Assembly: GCA_020536535.1 (NCBI GenBank) | Contig: JAHLWZ010000470.1 | Span: forward strand, 62,084-126,083 | DNA length: 64,000 nt | Direction of reading: 5' to 3' | Origin: Pelomyxa schiedti | Taxonomy: Eukaryota > Protista > Evosea | In this document: piece after piece, positions 39,262 to 49,800 of the stretch | How the letters are laid out: the number at the start of each line of letters is the position of its first letter | Numbering within the stretch: position 1 is the stretch's first letter | Notes under the pieces: model-generated | Seen by the model: the letters and a program-made list of their open reading frames with translations, nothing else | Told to the model about the DNA's origin: nothing | Database searches by the model: none | Position numbers and translations under genes: made by a program

Positions 39262-40794
39262 ATGGGGGAGCAAGATCCCGCTCCCCCGAAGGTTTTTTCG
39301 GAAAGGACCACGTGCCTGTTGGGTATCGAACCCTTCGGGGTGAAGCTTTTCGTCGACCGGGGTCAGGTACCAACCTCACTCGCACAATTTTTTATCCAAG
39401 ACCTGCTCGTTATGTACAGCGAGATGTACCCAAAAACGGGCTTATGGGTCGGGTTTTTTCCGTCTGCTCGCTTTGGTGCTTGATGTGCGGAAGGAGAATT
39501 GGAGAAAAAAATGTCGGGGTTGGCAGCTGTTGTGCCGCCAGGCAGTAGTTCCCTGCTCAGCCAGATCCACGAAGCATGCGGCAGGATCCCCAGTTCGATA
39601 GAGAATGACCCGGAGGACGAGTCGGCCTTCCGGTTGCTGGACTCCCTTTTGTCTCGCTACGATGGTGCGGTCGACTGGGCGATGCTGTCATCGGCGTGCA
39701 CGGCCGGAAACCTGCGGGCGGTTACTGCGCTCCTAGATCGCGTCGCGCGCCTCGACTGCATCGGCAACACCACGTGGGCCGACCCAGATCCCGCCGCAAT
39801 CGCGTCGGCGAACGCGCGCGAACCCGGCGCCGCAGATCCGGACGCGCCGGCGCTGGTGCCGCACCCGCTGTGGATGGCCGCGGGCGGCGGGCACGTCGCG
39901 TGCGTGTCGGCGATGCTCGACGCCGACGACAAGCGCGGCAGCCGGATCCCGTGGCGCTGCCTGGCTCAGGCTCTCGACATCGCGCTGCGGCGAGACAGGG
40001 GAGATGTTGCGGATGTGCTGCTGAGCAGGAGGAGCCCGGCGGCGGCGACCGCGACCGCGACCGCGACCGCGACGGCGGCGGCGAGCGCGTACAAGGAAGT
40101 GGTGGCGTCCGCGCTCCCGGCTATGTTTACGTTCCGGAACCACGCTGCGCTGGCGGTGCTGCTGGCGAAAAACATGGTGGCGCTGGACGTGGTCGCTACC
40201 GCAGAGAGCGAAGCCGCGGACAACCCGCTGGAGGCGCTGGCGGCGCTCGGCATCGACGTAGCTAGCGCCAAGAGGCCTGGCGCAAAGGACACTACCTCCG
40301 GCCAGAGTATGGAAGAGGACGTGGTTCTTCTGGCATGCAAGAGTGACGATAGGGACGGGGTCATGATGCTACTGGAAGCAGGGGCGCCGGTACCTCCTGG
40401 CTCACTGAGGGAAACCAAGCTAGTGGCGATGATGGGTTGGGGCTGCCTTTACCAAGCATTACAGAAACAAAAGGACAAAATCGCAGAAACCACTACACCT
40501 ACACCTACGCAATTAAATACCAACACAACTACACTACAAAATACCCCCCAGTCCGAAGCGGCGGCTGCACAAGTGCCCTCGCAACCAGTTCCAATCAAGG
40601 ATATGACAGTAACCGAACTTGGGCAATACATTACCCAGAAGTACCCCAAGCTCGCGGACTGTGTCCCGCTGTTTCAACAGGAGAAAATTGACGGCTCAGC
40701 ATTCTTGATGCTAACTCAAACAGACCTCAAGGAACTCGGTTTACCAATGGGTCACAGGAAGAACCTATTGGCTGTGATTGCATCGGCACATTGA
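39262..40794 (+). CDS. Ankyrin-like repeat plus C-terminal SAM domain protein
   Basis: Ank-like: ACTAGNLRAVTALL, PLWMAAGGGHVACVSAML, LACKSDDRDGVMMLLEAGA. SAM: LFQQEKIDGSAFLMLTQTDLKELGLPMGHRKNLL. An ATG at 39262 joins in frame via introns 39367-39419 and 39448-39493; an alternative start is 39511. Confidence 0.8.
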
Positions 40795-41075
40795 GCCGTT
40801 TTCGCCCTTGTAGATTTATATTGTACCCCGCAACTGCGGTCAAACGTGACGTGGAAAAATATTTCATAGCTTTATAAGCAGGAGATTTTCGAGCCATTTC
40901 AATGCATAATTAAGTAAAAATTCGAAGCGGAGGGCCATCAAAAACAAACAACACCAAAACAAAAAAAAAAACAAAGCAAAGAAATTTCCTTCTTTGAACG
41001 ACAATACCAGTAATGTTGGCAATAAACGAGACGACCACCGGGCCGCAAACAACAACAGCAGCAGGCAGGGGAGTG

Positions 41076-42360
41076 ATGCCAAAAGTGACACCTCAACGAC
41101 CGCACACGAAGGAGATCTCGTACCTGGAGTTAAATGCCACAGAAGCACAACAAATACGAAGACAGAGACTCGTGAGACCAGGTGGTACCAGGGGCCGGGG
41201 CCGTGGCTGTGTTGGTGTTGGCGGTGGCGGTGGCGTTTTGTCGCAAGTACGAATTCCGGGCGCGCCAGCAACGACAGCAATGAAACATATTGGCATGTCT
41301 GTGGACCAACACGACGAAGAGAACGAATACACAGCCTTACGTGGGGCGGACGACGACGATGAAAATACTGAAGAAGTGGCGGAAGAATCACTGGGCGATG
41401 AGGAATTTGCGGTAAATACACAGTGTTACGACAACATCCCATTGCCAGTCCCACGTAAGTTCTTTTTTTTCCACCCTTCTTATCCTTCTTATTCCCTATT
41501 AGAAGAGACTGCTGACAAACTCTACTCTATTTGTTCTTCATCAGTGAGTTCTTTTTTTTCTTTCTTTCCCTTCCCTTTTATTTACCTATTTGCAGCTTGA
41601 TTCGTATAATGCGGGCAAGGTGACTGGAATGATAATAGATGCTCATAAATTGTGCCCGAGTACACTCCAAAAGCTGGTAGGGGACCAAGATAGGCTTATT
41701 ACAGTCATTAAGCAGTGCCTTCAAAGTTTGTTCTCACCTCATTTTCAACTGGTGTAATTCTGGTTCACAGTTTTGGAAAAAGACGAATTGCAGTTTATTG
41801 AACTTCTTGGAACCCGAATACATTCAAGGCTGAGAACCAGGTTTCCTGCTCATGTGGATAAGATCACGGGCATGATTATAAGTGCATGTGTGCAACACTA
41901 CAGCTTTTGATTGTTTGCTCACACTACACAGACTCTTCTATGGGACCAATGGGGCTAAGACAGCTCGCCGAACTTCTGAATGACGAAACTGCCTTCAATA
42001 AGGAGGTCTTGACTGCTTGCAGTGTTCTCCAAAAATCCAAGACGGAAGTTAACAGCAACTCTCCTCCGTCTGTGAATTCAACTCTTTCCCCGCAACTGCT
42101 ATCAGCCAACTAGGTCGCCCAGAGAGCCCACAGTTTCCTCCTATGTTGTACAAATAATAGACAAAGATTCTTTCTCAGTCATTCCTGGTTCACTTGCGTG
42201 CGAAAACAACTCTGCAGGTGGTACGAACATAATTAAAAACCAATGACTCCCTCCTAAAACCAAACAACACCTCAAAACAGACAAAATCAGAAGCCAAGAA
42301 CTTTGGTGCTTTGGCTACCAAGGCTCAAGGTACAGAAACAAGCCACCTTCTGTGAATAGT
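41076..42360 (+). CDS. Tandem MLLE (PABC)-domain protein without RRMs; 3' end approximate
   Basis: Two MLLE-like units: ADKLYSIC...NAGKVTGMIID and LGTRIHSRL...PAHVDKITGMII...LAELLNDETAF (canonical motif AGKITGMLLE). Confidence 0.7.
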
Positions 42361-42564
42361 GTGAATTTTGTAAATAAACAATTGCAATTCGACAATTCGA
42401 CATTCCGACATTTCAATTTGCGCCTTCCCCTGACTCAAAATAAATTCCGCTCCCCAGCTAGTCATTGCTTACATTCATAAGAAAACACACCAACACAATA
42501 ACACAACAAAGTGAAGTATCAACAACAAAGAGACCAAACCATAGCAACGTACTACCACCAAACA

Positions 42565-43295
42565 ATGTCTACAGAAACAGTGAGTGCGGGCAATGGGTTG
42601 CGTGACATGTTGAAGCAGTACATCAGCACCACAGAGTACCGCCGTGGTTGTGCTGTGGGTATCAACAACTGGACAGGCCTCTCACTCACAAACCCCCAAG
42701 TCCACGTGGTGCATGGCAACATGGGAATCAAGGAATTGCCGCAAGAAGTTCCTGTATGTTGTTTGTGTTTCTAACTATGGCCCAGTGATTAACCTTGTGT
42801 GTGAATGGAATGGTGAATAGTTCTATTATATGTAATAACATACCCACTGTGGTTTATAACTGGTATATTCAAACAAACAGACTGGAATGGCTGTTCCGCT
42901 CATATTTGAGAAGACTGGGTGGGTCATGGTTGGCAGTGCTGGGGTTGTGACCTATGACATTGGGGCTACTGGTCAGCGGGTTGCGGTCATGTGGATGGTT
43001 CCTTGGCATCACCACATTTGGGACAAGTGGTTCAATGTTCGCATAGTGCCATGTGGGGTATGCTCTTGGTCTATTTCGCTTTTCTTCCAAATAGTTTTGA
43101 CCTTGCCTTTGTACTTACATGCACGAAAAACAGTCCACAAATCATAGATTGTACCATCGCATGTATCATGAGGAGAGGGCACAGAGGGCCACAGAGGGGA
43201 AGATGACTCGTGAGGAGAAGGGATTCTTGCTTGACGCCGAGATGACCAATGATGACATAGCCACTTTGACTGTAGACCTCCACAAGGCTAAGTGA
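42565..43295 (+). CDS. Actinoporin-like (sea-anemone cytolysin family) protein, 175 aa, 3 exons
   Basis: Exons 42565-42753, 42881-43057 and 43134-43295, all phase-0 GT-AG joins. RRGCAVGINNWTG, LPQEVP, GSAGVVTYDI, VAVMWMVPWHHHIWDKWFNVRI, RLYHRMYH, MTNDDIATLTVDLHKA are collinear with equinatoxin II ([72 protein letters not shown]). Confidence 0.9.
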
Positions 43296-43395
43296 ACCCT
43301 GTAGTAGAACACACCAACCTTTGTTTGTTGCTTGGAGAAAATAGAAGAGACTGTAATTCCAGATGTTTAGTTTTGGAATCCTTTATCTAGGTGAA

Positions 43396-45097
43396 TTACA
43401 CATGCGAGCACGGGTTTGTTTGCGTTTTGAGTTCAAAGGAACTTGGCGTGGGGAAGAGTTCACAACTGGAAGGTGTGAGATAGAAGAATATAGGAACTGC
43501 AGCTTACAATTTTTCCTCCAAGAAGTCTATTTCCTTTTTGGAGGCAGGATCATCACCGAGTCCATCCTGCAGACATGCACAGTAGGGCCTACTAGCTATA
43601 GTCTTCCACACAGCAACATTATTGGAGTGGTCGGAAGTCCAAGAACCTCCGGAATTGTAGCCTTTGGCTATCTACAAGAAATTTAGTATGCATATGAAAA
43701 TAGAGGACAAGCAACAGTGGCATGGAATTCCTCCAGGGCAACGTTTGCATGAAGGAAGGGAAAGGCTGTATCATTTCCATTTCGGAATCTATGTGAAGAA
43801 GTCACATCGAATTCTGTGAATAATCGTCACATGGAATTGTTAAACTTGAGATATAAACCAACCACGCTTCCATCTCTGATAAATTGTCTCAGAAATTTCA
43901 GTATTGATGAAGTAGCAGTAATGCCCTGCGAAATGGTGCTTTATTACTGTGGTGGCTTCTGGATTATAGTATGCATTTATCAAGTCGTTAGAGTGCCCCA
44001 CAGAGCGAAACCAGGAATTTTTTTTTGCTCTTTCAGGATTGGGTGCCCTGAAAAAGAATTTCATGTTTGTCTTGACAAGAAAAATGGTAGGTTTACCACT
44101 CACATGGCGGATTCCATGTAGACCTGAAGCCTGTATTAGAGCGAGAATGGTGGATGGAAGGTAAATTGCCTTTAAGTGCTTTTCTACTGGGTTGAAAAAG
44201 TGGTCTTTGGGAATGGCACGGCCAAAGAACATGTCATCATTTAGATACACAAAGCAAGGTGCAATGCCTGTGGGAAAACATTTAAAGGGGTAAAAATAAA
44301 GTGTGCACATACCAGGAATATTATGAAGATTGGCTTCAATGGCATTCGAGTTGAAAGTTGGAAGGTTGGAGGGCGTTTTGAAAATTTGGCTGTGTGTGAC
44401 AATTCGGAGTCTGGGAGATGATGTATTTGCCCAAGTTGGTACCTGTGGAGAAATTGGTGATCAGAAAGGAGGGTAGTTCAACCTGCCCGTTTGTGACAAT
44501 GATAATATTCCGAAAATGGGGCATGAACTTCTCAACAGAACGCACAGAAAAGCTTGAGATGTGTTAGCATTCCCTGGTATATTATGAGATTGCATACCGC
44601 AAAACTCCATAGTCTCTCAGTCTCCGTAAAGTGTTGTTATTTATTTTGGTATAGCTGCGGGGTACTTGAGTGGAAATTGATAAAAAGACAGGTGCAACTT
44701 GGCAAGAATTCTAAGAAAGCCAGGATCTGATCCATTTACCCAGGTGTATACAACATCAACAGGATCGCAATATCCCGCCTCATTCACAACACTAGGAACA
44801 ATCAAATCGTTGTGATGAGCACTTGGCTTCTCAGTGCTTTTTTTTTTTTTGAAAATGTCATTACATTTTGTTCCGATCGGCCCTCGCTGCAAAGAAGAGA
44901 AAAATTTACCTGGAAGTATAAGAATCGTTGCGTGGTCTGACGACACCGCCGTCGAAATTCACCAGCTGGTGTTCCCTCGGCTGGTCATTATGGGTTTGCT
45001 GTGCATCTGTGCCTGTGGTAGTCCTGAGGCTGTGCCACATTACCAGATTGGCCACAAGCCAAAGAACGACAAAAACCACAACCCACGCCCGCACCAT
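43396..45097 (-). CDS. Stealth-family hexose/GlcNAc-1-phosphotransferase, type II membrane protein
   Basis: CR1: PVDVVYTWVNGSDP. CR2: RSVEKFMP...LPTFNSNAIEANLHNIPG...FVYLNDDMFFG. CR3: TSSHRFR. C-terminal FPTPSSFE. N-terminal signal anchor. Confidence 0.93.
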
Positions 45098-45378
45098 CCT
45101 GGGCTGTGACCACGAAAATGACAGCGTTCCGGTCAGTTGATTATTGTTAAATTCAGAAAAATAAAAGCGTTTGGCAGTTGATTACCCAGGCGACTTCACC
45201 CCTGGCACTTGGCGGGATCAAAGATTTCAGCCGTTCTTCTTCAACATCCGTTTGCGCGTAGAGATGAGTTCACCGGCAAAGTACAGCCTAACCCCTTTTT
45301 ACTGGACTTCTCTTTCAGGGCTCGGTTTTGTGAGAAAGTTTTTCTCACAGTTTGGACATTATGGGAAAAGGTTATTGC

Positions 45379-46671
45379 TTAGTCCAAAAGAGAGCAGTGT
45401 TGGTTGAGAGTGAAGGCCCCTGTTGGTAGGAACGAGGATACATCTAATGTGACCACAACCTTCCCTGATGTTGCTTCCATCACCACCACATATTGCTCTC
45501 TCACCGCAAACAGTAACCCACAAATTCCACCAACAAACTGGTCGAAAATTGCATCCGTCTGTATGCACCTCAGTGGTTGGTCAGTGTTGTTGCAGTCCCA
45601 CAGCTGGTATGACGTCGGCTTGGCTGCAGCGGTGCAGAACAAGCAGCCGCTGATTTGTGACAGGTATAGGCACTGTTCTGTGACCTTCTTCACCTCGCCG
45701 GTTGTGGAATCGACCTGGTAGACAATGCGGTCACATGAATAGTACCCAATCGGCTTCATAATGAAAACAACAGCTCCGTCCGTCTTCTCCCTCCTCATAA
45801 TCAGTGTAAAGTCGCACGTGAACGAGAACCCACAACTGTGATATTGCACCCAACTAGTTGTCGTGGACATGGTCATGAATAGCCGGCCGGTTTTGTAAGT
45901 CTTCGGCACATCAATCAAAGTGAAATCCACGTTCCAGTTATCCTTGATAAGCACAACGGCCTCGTCAGGAACCATCTTGTTGAAGAAAACACCGGATACG
46001 GTGATCCCGATTTCAGATGTCAACTTCACAGAAACAGGTGGCTCTGCGGTTTCGTCACTTTCCGCCCCGGGTTCTACTTTCGAGATCACGAGGCTGCACC
46101 CCGGCTCCCCTGTATTGTAGTAGTAGTAGCTCGGCGCCTCGCCGGAGGCTATGCACCACTTATGGGTCGCTGCCGGCGCGGCTCCATACAAGCACCACAA
46201 TTTGCTTTGGACGGTGACTGCGCCGCGATCTTCAGTCATCCTCCTGAGGGCGAAGGGGTCCCTGAAGGAGCCAATGCTGCCCCCCTTGAGCAGGTACGTC
46301 GCGGGCGTGACCCAGTGCCGCAGGCCGGTCCTGCTGCACTCGATGCACTCGGACGTGAGCCCCAGCGTGGACCGAGACACCCCGAGGGACACGGACCACG
46401 ACTCGTGCGCCCGGTAGCGGGGCTCCAGGACCGCCGTGAGCCGCGCCTCCGCCGCGGAGCGGGACGCCACGTGGTCGCGCCAGAGCAGCTGCGCCAGGGT
46501 GGTGGAGGAGCAGAACTGGCGGGCGGGGCTGCCGGCGCCGCAGCGGGGGTGGGAGGACGCCAGCAGGGCCAGGAGCTGGTGGCGGGCGGTCGTCGCGGGC
46601 GGGGCTACGAGCTGCACGTGGGGCGCTGCCGTGACCCCAAACTCCATCGGCGGGCTCAAGGGGCGCGCCAT
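45379..46671 (-). CDS. Intronless hypothetical protein of a lineage-expanded family (ARxQ...HPRCG..SPA N-terminal signature, beta-rich C-terminus)
   Basis: 430-aa single ORF. The N-terminal ARHQLLALLASSHPRCGAGSPAR...LLWRDHV motif is one I recall from many Pelomyxa hypothetical proteins. Confidence 0.75.
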   Translation of the reverse strand: MARPLSPPMEFGVTAAPHVQLVAPPATTARHQLLALLASSHPRCGAGSPARQFCSSTTLAQLLWRDHVASRSAAEARLTAVLEPRYRAHESWSVSLGVSRSTLGLTSECIECSRTGLRHWVTPATYLLKGGSIGSFRDPFALRRMTEDRGAVTVQSKLWCLYGAAPAATHKWCIASGEAPSYYYYNTGEPGCSLVISKVEPGAESDETAEPPVSVKLTSEIGITVSGVFFNKMVPDEAVVLIKDNWNVDFTLIDVPKTYKTGRLFMTMSTTTSWVQYHSCGFSFTCDFTLIMRREKTDGAVVFIMKPIGYYSCDRIVYQVDSTTGEVKKVTEQCLYLSQISGCLFCTAAAKPTSYQLWDCNNTDQPLRCIQTDAIFDQFVGGICGLLFAVREQYVVVMEATSGKVVVTLDVSSFLPTGAFTLNQHCSLLD

Positions 46672-46866
46672 TTCACCAGTCTAACGGCTTTTTCCGTAAT
46701 GGCGATCAGGGTAGAACACCAAAATTCCACCGAGAACCAGAACCCGCTCCAGGTGCTTGTGAAGAGCCTCTTCCAACACGCCAGAACCCAGACACTCTGC
46801 CGCCCCGAAAACTCAGATTTCAAAGAACCATTGAGATTCTCAAAGCCATCGGACGCGTCGAGGAAG

Positions 46867-49800
46867 ATGCGGACTATGACGGGGCAGCAACAACAACAGG
46901 GGACGACACCAACGACTCCGCCAGGGACACGTGTTCGGACGCTTTTGGATGAGGGCGGGGGGGGAGGAGGAGGGGGAGGGGGAGGGAGCGGTGTGATTGG
47001 CAAGTACCCTAGGCCACGAGGGGGCGGGGGGGGCACGAGGGGGGGCACCGCCCTCGTGCGGCGTCTGGATCCCCCTCACCAGTCCATGGTGTGCAAGGGC
47101 CCCTTGAGGAGGTAAAACCCCCTGCCTGCCTGCCTGCCTGCCCTGCATGTTGTTGCATTGATTAGTTGCCATTTATTAATAGCGGCTCTCCCTTGCGTAA
47201 TTTTTTTTTTTTTTTTCCCCCTCAACACCTGAGTGCTTGAAAACAAGGTGTGACCCTTCTACAGCCATTACTGAGGAGTACCAAGTTTATAGGTTATCTG
47301 TGAATACTCCGAAATAATAAAATACTATTTAAAAAAGAACGAGAACTCATTTGTATACAGTGAGATTGGTCCTCATAGCAATATTGTATTTTGTCATGGG
47401 TTGGCTGAAGTCGATGGTGTAGTGCACTTGATACTTGCCTACCACAGTATTCTATTGTCTACTTTCTTGGAAGAGCAAAAGGACACTCTTTCTTGGAGGT
47501 TCTTCCAAAAAAAAAAAAAAAAGGGAAATAAATGATCAATGACTTTCCATTACAGCCAGCGCCTGCAGCTGGCCAATGGAATGGCTTCTGCCTTAGATTA
47601 TGTGCACTCAAAAGGATTTTTGCACTGTGATGTCAAATCAAATAATTTCATGGTTTGTGGCATCCAACCACTAATGAATACTAACAGTTCTCGCAAAGTT
47701 GGAACAGCAAGGGGACCAATTGATTCCCAAACTTTTTGATCTGGGTTCAGCCAGAAGGATTGGGTTGATAATTTACCAATAACTGCACAAAAAAAAAACT
47801 CATCACCACTCAGGGTGGTTGTTAAAGACACCACTGTAGCAGAGACCTTACGCTGGACAGCTCCAGAAGTGATTGTTGAGGGTACCTATACAACAAAGTG
47901 TGATGTGTACTCCTATGGCATAACTTTATGGGAGCTCATAGAAGGAGAAACCCCATTCCCTGTGGAACAAGATGATAGGTACAATTTCTTATGAGAGAAA
48001 TGTATTTTTCATAGCTCTTCAAGTGATATCCGTGAATTGATTATTGCAGGGGAGAGGCCTGTTATTCCCTCATATTGTCCCATACCATTTGCACGAATAA
48101 TCAAGTTATGTTGGTCACCCACTCCAGGGAATCGCCCAGAATTCAGAGAAATAAAAAATGTTCTTTCACAAATTGGTACTCAGTACTCCCTTCTCTGTTT
48201 ATGTCCAATGCCTTGTAGAAATGACTGGTTTTGATTCTCTAGCAAACCATTCAACCACTGACCTCTTGGAAATGCTCAATTCTGTGGAGGATGAAAAATT
48301 ATGCTTTATTCTTGGGTTGCTGGAAAAACTATGCAGGAAGGCCCCCCTTGATGCCATGAATATGATGCAACAAATTGGCTCAAAACTGGAAATTTTCCTT
48401 TCCTCTGGGAAGTCAGAATTACGGACAAGGTAACAAGAAACCAAATTTTGATTGACAATTTATTTCTGCCAAGCACAATCGCTTTTCTTGGGTTGCTTGT
48501 AACTCAGTGTGCACCTAATATTACAATTCGCCCAATTATTGAGGCCATTATTTTCCATGAGACAGACCCTGTACTTTTGAAGTTGTCACTATCAGTTTAC
48601 TCTTTTAGTATGTTGCGAAGAGGAGTGGGTAAAAATTACTTACAATCCTTAGTTGCTGAACCCTGTGCAGTATCACTAGAAAGAGTGAAGGCCCATATTA
48701 CTTCAGAGTATTTGTGTGTTAAAATGAGTGCCCTGGACGCATATGCCACATTGGCAAAGAGACTTAAATGTACTTCCGTATCTGTATTTTAGCATTCTCA
48801 TTCTTGACTTTCCTTGAGGAAGGTGCAGAGATGGCAGATCTTTGTGGAAACCATTTACCTTTCTTGTCTTCAGTGCTGATCAACACAAAAGTTCCACGTG
48901 ATGTAAGCCTGCATATATTTGAGGTACCAGGCCAGCTTCACTTGCTTTCTGAAGACAACTGTTTGAAATGTAGGTTGTAGATCAATTGATAAGCATTGAT
49001 AGTGGCTGGGATCCTATTTGGTTTTCCGAGTTTACGGTATGCCTCGAATTTGAAATTGCGTACTCACTTCTGTTAGGAACATCAACAAGCGTACTTCTTC
49101 TTGATGGTATGTGCGCATACACGGCGATCTGATTTTGTGGTATATTTTTGCAGCAAGCTGTGCTATGCGATCACAAAATGTAATTTTCATTGACAAGTCA
49201 CTACCTTACTCCTTACTCCTTACTCCTTACTCTTCTCCACTGCCAGCATACTCCTTCAGAGACGAATTTATACAAGCAAATAATCTTATAAACTGGGGCA
49301 AAATTTCATCACTGTTTGATTTTACACTTTGGGATAATTTAAATACAACTTCCTTCAATATGGCACTTGAAGGAGTATGTGTATTTTTTTTTCAACTCTC
49401 AGAAAGGTATCAAGCCATTTACAGCCCTTTTTTTTTTAATCTTGTCCTCTGCTTCAGTCCACAGACGTTTTTGTTACCCCTGAACACAAAGGAGTCACTT
49501 GAGCTAGTGAAGTGGCTAAATCGTCTTTCTACGCCATACGCATCAACTGCCCTACTTAATTTATTGCTCCTTGTGCAATCTTATATCTCGAAGATTGGTG
49601 TGCACTAGTGAAGGGAAATGAAACGTTAACCATGCAACCAAGGAGATCAGACACTATTGCAAGCATTTCGGCCTGGAATTCTGTCATGTGTTCTCGATAT
49701 CGCCTGCAACACTACTGACACACAGGTGGCATACGTTTGTTTGTCATTTGTTATCAATTTGCTAGAACGAAGTACATCTCTAATCTTAAAAATCCAATAA

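Noticed and set aside
39220-39460. Cluster of hairpins (GGGGGAGC/GCTCCCCC, ACCC-TTCG-GGGT), an RNase P/MRP CR-V-like ACCCAAAAACGGGCTTA, and a B-box-like GGTTCGATACCC on the minus strand
   Set aside because: There is no canonical CR-I or complete tRNA cloverleaf, and internal T6 runs would stop Pol III. The region is explained as two coding exons and two GT-AG introns joining ATG 39262 in frame to the Ank-SAM ORF. An Rfam cmscan would settle it.
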